In this document: positions 10,483 through 18,910 of the stretch, piece by piece
How the letters are laid out: each line of letters begins with the position of its first letter
How positions within the stretch are numbered: position 1 is the first letter of the stretch
Source: Fimbriimonadaceae bacterium
GTDB lineage: Bacteria > Armatimonadota > Fimbriimonadia > Fimbriimonadales > Fimbriimonadaceae
Reading direction: 5' to 3'
Length of the DNA stretch: 37,689 bases
Assembly (NCBI GenBank): GCA_947447315.1
Contig: CANFJD010000001.1
Span: 1 to 37,689, forward strand
Made by a program: the position numbers and the translations under genes
Notes under the pieces: generated by a model
What the model was told of the DNA's origin: nothing
Database searches by the model: none
What the model saw: only the letters and a program-made list of their open reading frames with translations

Positions 10483-11217
10483 TTATTTTCCGGTCGACCG
10501 CCGGCGACGGATGAATCCCGCCGCGCCGAGTCCGAGCACGATAAGCGTCCCTGGTTCCGGAACGGGAGTAGCGTTCACGCCGAAGTTGAGCGTCTCCGAG
10601 ATGCTGTCAAAGCGCGTTCCCACTTGTCCATAGATATTCCCGGAATCGACGAACGACAGGGTGTGCGTTCCGGCCCCAAGATTCACTGACCAACTCCCCA
10701 CCGTATCAGGAGTCACCCATCCGTTGGCAGAACTGGATGATAGATATTGAGTCCCATCTACGTACATTGAAATGTCATACATGCCAAAGCTGTCGGGTCC
10801 ATCTCCGGTGTGAGAGAACTGCGCCGCCCAATTGACCTTTAAGGTGGCAGCAGAAGCGGTGGCGAAGGTGTAATCCGATTCGGCTCCGAACCGCATCTGA
10901 CCCATCTAGAGATTCGTCGATTGCCATTTGTCATTAAAGCTGATCGAACCGTGGTAGGCGTCGGTCAGACTCGCCGAGACATTCTGGGTGGCGGTGACAC
11001 CAACCAAGGATGGAGTAGTCGACGTAACCGAGCCAGAGCCGGGAGCACCGTTGAACATGGAGGATTGCGGGTTGCTGTAGAACGTGCTTCCATCGTTTGT
11101 ATTGTTGGCGAATGCCTCGGCACGAAGATTGAAGTCTCCGATATTGGCCGAGGCAGAGGCGGCGACACTGCCGACAATGATGGAAGCCACGGTGATTAAG
11201 GTCTGATGTAAATTCAT
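10483..11217 (-). pseudogene. PEP-CTERM surface protein interrupted by an in-frame TAG (10906-10908)
   Basis: The 5' half has an SD (AGGAGAG) and a signal peptide. The 3' half ends VPEPGT-TM-RRRR. Both halves are in one frame: CTC TAG ATG. Confidence 0.85.
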
Positions 11218-11355
11218 TTCACTCTCCTAGTGGTCGGTACTGGCGGCAAGGCGCCGGCCGGAATCCGTTCCGGAGATAGAAGAGCCAATTGAATCGGGAT
11301 AAATACTTCGCCCCTTCACAGACCTCACCGAAAGTCATTTGGTAAATTGCCTTTA

Positions 11356-11760
11356 ATGAGTGCCATCCAAATTTCGAGCGACCTGAGGGACCTTGAGGAT
11401 GCAACTTTAGAGGGCTTCTTTGTGGGCTGGCCAAATCCGCCATCAGCGGCCACACTGCGGCGTCTGATATGCGAGAGCGACATTCGTTTTTTCGCCATCG
11501 ACTCGGACACGGGCCAATGCGTCGCTTACCTCACGGGGTTAACGGACAACGTTCTTTTCAGTTACCTGTCTTCGCTCGAGGTTCTTCCGGACTACCAAGG
11601 TCGCGGCATCGGACAGGAACTTGTACAACGCTTCTTGGAAACGACTACTCACGTATATGCCACCGATCTGGTTTGTGACCCCGAGGTTCAGCCGTTCTAT
11701 CAGCGATGCGGATTGATCCCGTACCATGCCATGGTGATGCGGCGTCGAGATTGCCTCTGA
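11356..11760 (+). CDS. GNAT family N-acetyltransferase
   Basis: Acetyl-CoA motif 'LEVLPDYQGRGIGQEL' and 'PFYQRCG'. Confidence 0.9.
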   Translation: MSAIQISSDLRDLEDATLEGFFVGWPNPPSAATLRRLICESDIRFFAIDSDTGQCVAYLTGLTDNVLFSYLSSLEVLPDYQGRGIGQELVQRFLETTTHVYATDLVCDPEVQPFYQRCGLIPYHAMVMRRRDCL

Positions 11761-11820
11761 TATCAGCCGTGGATTTGGTACCATCAGATCGGCAACCTGG
11801 GCTCGCTCGCCTTCACTAAC

Positions 11821-13419
11821 CTAGCGGCACAGCCGATTAAGTTCTTCTCGCACTTGAGAGACGGTGCCAACGGCTACGTAGTGCCGGTAACGGTAACTCG
11901 CGCCGGGAACTGGATCGGTAACCCGGAACACGCAGTTCCACTTCACCACCCGCTCGGGCGTGAATCGCCACCGACCATACCCCTTCGCTTGCTTCTCCGG
12001 AGAGTAAATTCCCATCGCAAACGCCCCGTCGGCGGTGGCCAGGACGACCGGATCGGGCTGTTCCCCGGGACCATCCGATAGCGGTTCCAGCTTCCGATTG
12101 ACCGGATTGAACCGCCAAAATTGACGGAAGACCTCGGGCATGTAGCCGGTTAATGATTCAAAGACCGCTTGATGATGCCGCTCATCTTTTGGCAAGGTGA
12201 AGGTGACATCGTACTGAATAAGCTGCGGGCGACCATTGACGCCGATAGTGACTACCTTTTTCAGCAAGTGATTCGATGTGACCATCCGATTCTTCGCGGG
12301 ATTGCTGCCTGAGGTTTCGGCTGGATTCAGCCAGAACGCCATTCGGCTTGTCGTCGCCAGTCGGTTTCCGGTAGCTCTCAACGATAGCAACTGACTGGAA
12401 CTAAGATTTCCCGCTCCATCCCGCGCCGAACCGGCTTCGGTCGGGTTAAAGGTCTCGGAAGTTTTTGGCCCGTTGAAGTCAAAGTTGCTGGCCGATTGCA
12501 GTTGGCGACCGTGATCGGCCGAATCCAAAAACTCCTGCCCTCGCCAGGTGAGCGAGTGAATCGCCCCCGCGCACCGCGTCGTGGTGGTGATGGTAATCGC
12601 CGAATCCTCGGTCCGACCACTGATCACCGATTCCCCCGGCATCGCCACCTCGCGGCGAATCCAGTTACGAACTTGCGCCTGGGCTGTTGGCGGGTAATCG
12701 TGCCCCACCCCTGGCATGATGTACTCGTCGTAGGTCGCTTTGGCCGCGGTCAACACGGCCTTCAGCCCGAAATGGTAGTCCGACTTGTTCTCTCCCCCGC
12801 GCACCAGAAAGAATCGATGGTCGCGCAGCGCGCGGAAAGGCGGAATCGTTCGCCCGCCTTCCACGATGACGAAGTGACGGAATCGCGCAAGAAATGGATG
12901 AGCGTCCTTTTCGGCGCCGAGAATCGCCGCGACCGTGTTCGCGCCATTGGAGAATCCACCAAAGAAGGTCTTCTTCACGTCGATATTGGGGATCTCGGTG
13001 AACAGTCGGTCGAACATCACGCGGTACCGGCTCCAAGCCGTCGGGCCGTCTCCGGGGCCGATGTACATGCGGGTCCACTTGTTCTTTTCGTCCGGCTCCA
13101 TCGGAACGATGGACTTCTTGAACGACGGCACTCCGACGCAGATATAGCCCTCGTCCCCCACCGTCTGGCGGGCAAAATCCGCATTGTCTCCCGCGCTGCC
13201 TTCAGCCCCCGGAATAAGTACGACCAGAGGAAATTTTCTCTCCGGCGTGTAATCCCGGGGCAGGAAAACGGTCAATTTTGGCATTTCTGCGACACCAGTC
13301 ACCAAAGAGCGGAGGGTCGGCGCTAATTCGGGAAAGGTCCACATAATCGAATTCCCGGGACGAAACTCAGCCGATGGGTTTGCTGTTCCCATCAGCCCCG
13401 CTACCAGCAGTCCGATCAT
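11821..13419 (-). CDS. Secreted two-domain protein: alpha/beta-hydrolase plus putative mutarotase-like beta-sandwich
   Basis: GGFSNGA nucleophile elbow and MPGVGH in the first half. The second half begins 'ITITTTTRCAGAIHSLTWRGQEFL'. Confidence 0.65.
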   Translation of the reverse strand: MIGLLVAGLMGTANPSAEFRPGNSIMWTFPELAPTLRSLVTGVAEMPKLTVFLPRDYTPERKFPLVVLIPGAEGSAGDNADFARQTVGDEGYICVGVPSFKKSIVPMEPDEKNKWTRMYIGPGDGPTAWSRYRVMFDRLFTEIPNIDVKKTFFGGFSNGANTVAAILGAEKDAHPFLARFRHFVIVEGGRTIPPFRALRDHRFFLVRGGENKSDYHFGLKAVLTAAKATYDEYIMPGVGHDYPPTAQAQVRNWIRREVAMPGESVISGRTEDSAITITTTTRCAGAIHSLTWRGQEFLDSADHGRQLQSASNFDFNGPKTSETFNPTEAGSARDGAGNLSSSQLLSLRATGNRLATTSRMAFWLNPAETSGSNPAKNRMVTSNHLLKKVVTIGVNGRPQLIQYDVTFTLPKDERHHQAVFESLTGYMPEVFRQFWRFNPVNRKLEPLSDGPGEQPDPVVLATADGAFAMGIYSPEKQAKGYGRWRFTPERVVKWNCVFRVTDPVPGASYRYRHYVAVGTVSQVREELNRLCR

Positions 13420-13431
13420 TTACACATTCTA

Positions 13432-13878
13432 CTAACCGTTTGCTGCCGAGAACCGCCAAGCGAGAGCGACTAAAAAGTGGATCGTCCAAAAAAGGGTTCG
13501 AGGCAGGTTAGTTCGGATCAGTCTTTCAATAACTACATAACATTTGCCGGTTGAAAGACGCCTATGGAGTGGGGCACTGATGAGGAAAGTAGGGCCCAAG
13601 CTACCGAGCAAGCTGACCACGTTTATGAGCTTTAGCCAAGCCACCGCCGCACTCACCATGAGTAATGATGCACCCGCAATTTGGAAAATGAGTCCCGGAA
13701 CGACTATCAAAGAGATCTGAAAGGTGTGTAACGAGTGCCGCCGAACGAATTCGATATCGTTCCAATTTCGAAACGCTGGATACCGAACCAACTGGCACCA
13801 CCAGCCGGCTGCGGTCATCAGAACCGTGCCCATCAACAAAATACTTGAACCAAACGGAGAGAAGAAGGAGAATTCCAA
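13432..13878 (-). CDS. Hypothetical 4-TM membrane protein downstream of the photolyase
   Basis: Hydrophobic segments and a 'WWCQLVRYPAF' motif. The TTG start lies 2 nt after the photolyase stop. Confidence 0.65.
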   Translation of the reverse strand: MEFSFFSPFGSSILLMGTVLMTAAGWWCQLVRYPAFRNWNDIEFVRRHSLHTFQISLIVVPGLIFQIAGASLLMVSAAVAWLKLINVVSLLGSLGPTFLISAPLHRRLSTGKCYVVIERLIRTNLPRTLFWTIHFLVALAWRFSAANG

Positions 13879-13880
13879 AG

Positions 13881-15350
13881 CTAGACTGGCTCCCCGTGGA
13901 TCTTGCTCAAGAATCCTTCGGCTACGGCGAGGAGTCGGGGAAAGCGATCCCCCATTCGATCCAAGGTAGCCACCGCCAAACTCAGGCGTGGATTCTTTTG
14001 GAACAGATCACGATGTTTATCGACAAAGCGCCAGTACAAAGCATCCCAAATCTCGCACCAATCACCCTTGGGATAGTCGCTCATCTTCAATACGTAGTTA
14101 GAGCCACTAATGTAGGGTTTGGAGGTAATCAACCCTCCGTCGGCGTACTGACTCATGCCATATACATTCGGAACCATCACCCAGTCGTACGCATCGATGA
14201 ATAGCTCCATGAACCACTGATAAACGGCTTCGGGATCGATTTCCAGCAGGACCATGAAATTTCCGAGGATCATAAGTCGCTCGATATGGTGGCAGTATCC
14301 CGTCTGAAAGACCCGCCGGATGACCGTATCGACCGGCAGAATCCCGGTGGTTCCGTCGTAAAACGACGCGGGCATCGGACGGCTATGCCCTAATGCATTC
14401 GAAGTTCGCTGTTTCCGCCCTTGTCCCTGGTAAATCAACCGAATGAACTCGCGCCAACCAACCACTTGGCGAATAAATCCTTCCAGCGAATTGAGGGGGA
14501 CTTGATCCCGATACGCCATCGCGGAATCAACCACTTGCCTAGGAGTCAATAGGCCGATATTGAGTGCGGGCGTTAGCAGACTGTGGTAAAGGTTCGCCTC
14601 GGTTCTTGAAATCGCATCTTCATAAGCACCGAAGTCATGAAACCGTTCAAATAAAAATGCCTCAAGCCATTCCGCCGCGTCAACGCGAGTTACCGGATAC
14701 TCGAATGGATAATCCGTTCCCATCGCTTGCGGAAAATGTTGCTTCACGTACGCTTCTGCTTCCAGTACTGATTCCCTGACCTTTGGTTTCCAGATGGGAG
14801 GAACCAGCTTCCGCGCGGGCAAGCGTTTGCGATTTTCCGTATCAAATGTCCATCGTCCACCGACCGGGCTGCCGTCTGGTTCCAGCAGAATCCCCAGGGA
14901 TTTTCTTTGCTGAACATAAAATTCGGTGAAGAAGTATTTCCGGCGGGGAGCTAACCACCTATCGGCAACATCTGCCTGAGTGAGATAATTGGGATCAGGA
15001 ACCAGCTCTAACGAAACGCCCGCGTCCCGGCAGCCAGACCGTAACCGCTGCTCAAGCCAATCGTCATTCGGATCCAGAACTCGGGCCGTGTCACATTCGG
15101 CACTCGCAAGTAATTTGCCAATTCCCACCGTGGAATCCAGCTCTCTTGCTTCTATGTATCGCACCGTCCAACCCGATTCGTTAAGTTCTCGCGAGTACTC
15201 CTGCATCGCGGCGCGGTGCAAGATCAGCTTCTGCCGACGGAACCGAAACTGCGAGAAGAACAACGGATCTTCGATCAGCCATACTTCCTCGCCATCAGCC
15301 GGCAACCCGCCGAAAGCGTAAAGCTGGTGGGGATAAACAAGAAAAACCAC
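13881..15350 (-). CDS. Cryptochrome/photolyase family protein (PhrB/CryB-related bacterial 6-4 type)
   Basis: Motifs 'GGRWTFDTENRK', 'RQVVGWREF', 'YCHHIERLM', 'IDAYDWVMVPNVYGM' and 'KPYISGSNYVLKMSDY'. Confidence 0.92.
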   Translation of the reverse strand: MVFLVYPHQLYAFGGLPADGEEVWLIEDPLFFSQFRFRRQKLILHRAAMQEYSRELNESGWTVRYIEARELDSTVGIGKLLASAECDTARVLDPNDDWLEQRLRSGCRDAGVSLELVPDPNYLTQADVADRWLAPRRKYFFTEFYVQQRKSLGILLEPDGSPVGGRWTFDTENRKRLPARKLVPPIWKPKVRESVLEAEAYVKQHFPQAMGTDYPFEYPVTRVDAAEWLEAFLFERFHDFGAYEDAISRTEANLYHSLLTPALNIGLLTPRQVVDSAMAYRDQVPLNSLEGFIRQVVGWREFIRLIYQGQGRKQRTSNALGHSRPMPASFYDGTTGILPVDTVIRRVFQTGYCHHIERLMILGNFMVLLEIDPEAVYQWFMELFIDAYDWVMVPNVYGMSQYADGGLITSKPYISGSNYVLKMSDYPKGDWCEIWDALYWRFVDKHRDLFQKNPRLSLAVATLDRMGDRFPRLLAVAEGFLSKIHGEPV

Positions 15351-15500
15351 TCCCCTGTCCTACGGCATTCCCGTTCTCCGGCTCCGCACAGCGGACCGCC
15401 GACACAAAATACTAAAAATCGGAAGGAACGACGTATTTATTCGTCAGCATTCACGCTCCCTTATCGAGGAAACTCCCAAAGTGGGGGAGTTAACGAGAAC

Positions 15501-16880
15501 ATGGACAGATTAAAGATCGGCTTTTTGGGCCTTTGCGTTGGAATATTAGGTTTGGCTGGCTGCGGTGGTAGCGGAGGCGGATCCAGCAGTTTGCCGGGCG
15601 GCACCGTTTCCGCATTCGCCACCGACAACATGAATGAAGGATTTTCTCACGTGTGGGTAAAGATCAAAAAGATCGACCTGACGAGCACGGCCGGAGCAGC
15701 CAATATTTTTGACGAATCCGCCACCGGCGGACGATTGGTGGACTTGAGAACCCTTCGCGACTCTACCGGAGCCCGATTCTTGATGCTGAGCACGGCAAAT
15801 GTCCCGGCAGGATCCTACACGGGGGCTACCGTTACGATGGACAAGAATCTGAGCGTCGTGACCACTGGTTCGGCCACGGCGAAGGACGCCATTTTCGATG
15901 GTGCGACCGGCTCCGAAAAGTTTCTCGCCGTCACGTTCCGAGCCCCGATCAACCCCGTCACCAAGCCGAAAGTGGTCATCGACTTTGACCTCTCCACGTG
16001 GAATTTGGTATCTGGCGTCGTAACTGCTACCGGAGACCTGTTCGCCAAACATGGACACGATGACGGCATTGGCGATTCCTCTCGTCACGAGCAAGACGAT
16101 TATAGCGGGAGTGTCAGCGCCCTCAGCGGAACGGCACCGAACCAGACTTTCACCATCAGCAAGCACGGTCGATCCATAAATGTGGTCACCGACGCTTCTA
16201 CCGTCATTTTCAACAACAATGGCTCTGACAATCCCGCCCTCGTTGCGGGAGAGAAGGTGGAGGTCACCGGAATTTTCAACACTACGGCGGGCGTCCTGAA
16301 GGCGAGCCGCATCAAGATTGAACAGGAAAATGAGTTCGAGAACGAAGCTCAAATCACCGGAGTCGTCCTTTCCAGTGATGTAACGAACGGCGTGATTAAC
16401 TCAACCATCGAATCTGCCGATGGATTCTTGCCTCAAGCAACGGCCGCCCTCATCACCACGACCGACACCACCAAGTTCTTCGGTCCCAGTGGAATTATGG
16501 TGACGAAAGCAGAATTCTTCACTCTGCTCATGAGTAACGTCACTCGGATCGAGGCAGAAGGCACTGCGACCGACACGGGTATTACCGCAGTACGCGTCAA
16601 GATTGAAGACGGCGACCATCACGGCGGTGGCGACGGGGGAGATGGCCACCCCGAAGCGGAGCTAAAAGGCACCGTTTCCAACCTCAATGTCGACTCCAAA
16701 ACCTTCGACCTCACGGTCAGCCGATGGGAAGGTGTCTCCCTCACCGCCGGTAAGGTGATCAAGGTCACGGCCACCTCAATCCCGGCAGGCATTGTTAACG
16801 GAGCCCGAGTAGAGGCGAAAGGCAACTACGACTCTGCGACCACAACGCTTACTGCAGAAAGAATTAAGCTCGACGACTAG
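15501..16880 (+). CDS. Lipoprotein with DUF4382 domain and DUF5666-like repeats
   Basis: Lipobox LAGC, 'TD...HVWVKIKKI...VDL...PAGSY', and repeated 'VEVTG/IEAEG/VEAKG...AxRIKI' units. The real start is 15501, not 15216. Confidence 0.8.
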   Translation: MDRLKIGFLGLCVGILGLAGCGGSGGGSSSLPGGTVSAFATDNMNEGFSHVWVKIKKIDLTSTAGAANIFDESATGGRLVDLRTLRDSTGARFLMLSTANVPAGSYTGATVTMDKNLSVVTTGSATAKDAIFDGATGSEKFLAVTFRAPINPVTKPKVVIDFDLSTWNLVSGVVTATGDLFAKHGHDDGIGDSSRHEQDDYSGSVSALSGTAPNQTFTISKHGRSINVVTDASTVIFNNNGSDNPALVAGEKVEVTGIFNTTAGVLKASRIKIEQENEFENEAQITGVVLSSDVTNGVINSTIESADGFLPQATAALITTTDTTKFFGPSGIMVTKAEFFTLLMSNVTRIEAEGTATDTGITAVRVKIEDGDHHGGGDGGDGHPEAELKGTVSNLNVDSKTFDLTVSRWEGVSLTAGKVIKVTATSIPAGIVNGARVEAKGNYDSATTTLTAERIKLDD

Positions 16881-16898
16881 GTTCACACCCAGTAATCA

Positions 16899-16927
16899 TG
16901 CCGGGCTACCGTTCTGGTAGCCCGGCA
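16899..16927. terminator. Hairpin between convergent genes (probable bidirectional terminator)
   Basis: Perfect 12-bp stem TGCCGGGCTACC-GTTCT-GGTAGCCCGGCA. Confidence 0.75.
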
Positions 16928-16931
16928 CTAA

Positions 16932-18176
16932 TTATTCGTACCGAAGGGCTTCAATCGGATGTAACGCGGCGGCTTTTGCGGCCGGATACATACCAAAGAA
17001 TATGCCGGTCGCGGCCGATATGAACAAAGCGAGGGTCATCGCCACGGGACTGACCACAGTGCTCCACCCGGCCACCGCACTGAGAACGAATGATGAGCCG
17101 ATCCCCAGCACAACCCCGCACAATCCGCCCGCCAGCGAAATGATCGTCGCTTCAATAAGGAACTGGTTCTTGATATCGCCGGGAGTAGCGCCAATCGCCT
17201 TGCGTATCCCGATTTCTCGGGTTCGTTCGGTCACCGAAACGAGCATGATATTCATAATCCCAATGCCACCGACGATCAGCGAGATCACCGCCACCGCAGT
17301 TAACAGCGTGGTCATGGTGGTTGTTACGCTCTGCTGCCGAACGAGCAATTCGGTCTGACTGAAGACCTGAAAATCGTCGTTAGCAGGGAAAGGTGGTTGG
17401 AGGTGATGACGGGAGCGGAGGAACGCGGTGATCTGCTCCTGAGCCAGAGACATGTCATTTTGATCGTAACAACTAATGCTAATCATATCGATCCGAGTCC
17501 GGGCAAAGACTCGTTGCATTGCGGCGGTGATCGGCATGATGATCGTGTCGTCTTGATCTTGTCCAAACGCACCGGCACCTTTAGGCGTGAGCATCCCGAC
17601 GACCCGATAGTCGGTGTGGTTCACGGAAATCACCATGCCCGTCAGGTCGCCGTTGGCATTTCCGGTGAGTTTGCTAGCCACGGAATTGCCGACCACACAA
17701 ACTTTCTGGTTGCCCACATCCTCAAACTGGGTAAAGAACCGACCCGAGCGAACCGTGGTGTTATTCACGTTGGGATACGCGACATTCGTGCCTATCACCG
17801 TAGTGGATGCATCTGTTCCGCGCAGAGTGATCTGAGCATTGCCCCGCACCTGGGGAGCCACTCCCGAAATTGTGTTTGAAAACTGTTGTCCGATTAAGTT
17901 TGAATCCTGGAGGGTGAGTTTGTTGTACGAAGCCGCTCCACCAGCTCGCCCCGCTGCTGTGAGTTGCACACGCTGCTGCCCCGGGCGGACCATGAGCAGA
18001 TTCGTCCCCAATTGGTTAATTGTATTGGTGATATTCTGGCTGGCCCCTTGACCAATCGCTACCACTAGAATCGTTACTGCGACACCAATGATGATCCCCA
18101 GCATGGTCAGAGCGGTTCGCAGGGCGTTGCTTCGCAGCGCCCGGATCGCCAACCGTAGGTTTTCGACTAGATTCAC
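16932..18176 (-). CDS. MacB/FtsX-like ABC transporter permease
   Basis: 'LTMLGIIIGV' and 'GGIGIMNIMLVSVTERTREIGIRKAIGA'. Confidence 0.93.
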   Translation of the reverse strand: MNLVENLRLAIRALRSNALRTALTMLGIIIGVAVTILVVAIGQGASQNITNTINQLGTNLLMVRPGQQRVQLTAAGRAGGAASYNKLTLQDSNLIGQQFSNTISGVAPQVRGNAQITLRGTDASTTVIGTNVAYPNVNNTTVRSGRFFTQFEDVGNQKVCVVGNSVASKLTGNANGDLTGMVISVNHTDYRVVGMLTPKGAGAFGQDQDDTIIMPITAAMQRVFARTRIDMISISCYDQNDMSLAQEQITAFLRSRHHLQPPFPANDDFQVFSQTELLVRQQSVTTTMTTLLTAVAVISLIVGGIGIMNIMLVSVTERTREIGIRKAIGATPGDIKNQFLIEATIISLAGGLCGVVLGIGSSFVLSAVAGWSTVVSPVAMTLALFISAATGIFFGMYPAAKAAALHPIEALRYE

Positions 18177-18910
18177 GGGTGGACTCCGGCAAGACTTGCC
18201 GATGGTTCCACAATCCGATCGGTTACTACCGTATCCTCGCGAATCCGACCATCGTGAACCAGGATCCGGCGTTTACAATGACGACCGATGTCCTCCTCAT
18301 GGGTCACCATGACGATGGTAGAACCATCATCATTCAGCCCTTGAAAAATTGACATGATTTCCACGCTCTGAATTGAGGAAAGATTCCCGGTTGGCTCGTC
18401 GGCCAAGATGAGGCTGGGGTTCGAGACAATGGCCCTGGCAATCGCGACACGTTGCTGCTGACCACCTGATAATTCTGCCGTTGTATGGTCGACCCGATCC
18501 CCAAGCCCGACGCGTTCAAGTGCTTCTGTCGCTCGTTTTGTCCGGTCTCTTGCCCCGGCGTACAAGAGCGGAAGTTCCACATTTTCCAAAGCCGTGGTCC
18601 GAGCAAGCAGGTTGAAACCCTGGAACACAAAACCAATTTTCCGATTTCGGATGTGCGCCAGTTCCACTTCGTCAAATTCCGACACCTCTTCCCCATCCAG
18701 TCGGTAAGAACCGGAAGTCGGAACGTCCAGGCACCCAATCATATTCATCAATGTGGACTTGCCCGACCCTGAGGGGCCCATGATTGCGACCATTTCCCCA
18801 GCATTCACATCCATGCTGAGCCCATCAAGCGCTCGTACCTCTTGCTCACCCATGATGTAGACCTTCGTAAGGTCCTTCAGGCACAGAAGCGGAAACTTGC
18901 TATCGCCCAC
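18173..18910 (-). CDS. MacB/LolD-like ABC transporter ATP-binding protein
   Basis: Walker A GPSGSGKS, LSGGQQQRV and ILADEPTGNL. Probable GTG start at 18910 after GGAGG (ORF track 18952). Confidence 0.93.
   Translation of the reverse strand: MGDSKFPLLCLKDLTKVYIMGEQEVRALDGLSMDVNAGEMVAIMGPSGSGKSTLMNMIGCLDVPTSGSYRLDGEEVSEFDEVELAHIRNRKIGFVFQGFNLLARTTALENVELPLLYAGARDRTKRATEALERVGLGDRVDHTTAELSGGQQQRVAIARAIVSNPSLILADEPTGNLSSIQSVEIMSIFQGLNDDGSTIVMVTHEEDIGRHCKRRILVHDGRIREDTVVTDRIVEPSASLAGVHP

Noticed and set aside
10906-10908. Genome-wide TAG recoding
   Set aside because: TAG ends many genes at their expected C-termini (e.g. 6037, 9226, 16880 before a hairpin, 26167).
11246-11260. Sigma-54-like GG-N10-GC upstream of the PEP-CTERM gene (minus strand)
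   Set aside because: The spacing fits, but the match to TGGCACG is poor in GC-rich sequence.
15216-15500. N-terminal extensions in the ORF track (also 33317-33472, 28006-28056, 28359-28442, 8086-8127)
   Set aside because: They overlap neighbouring genes or promoters; signal peptides and family N-termini begin at the later starts.
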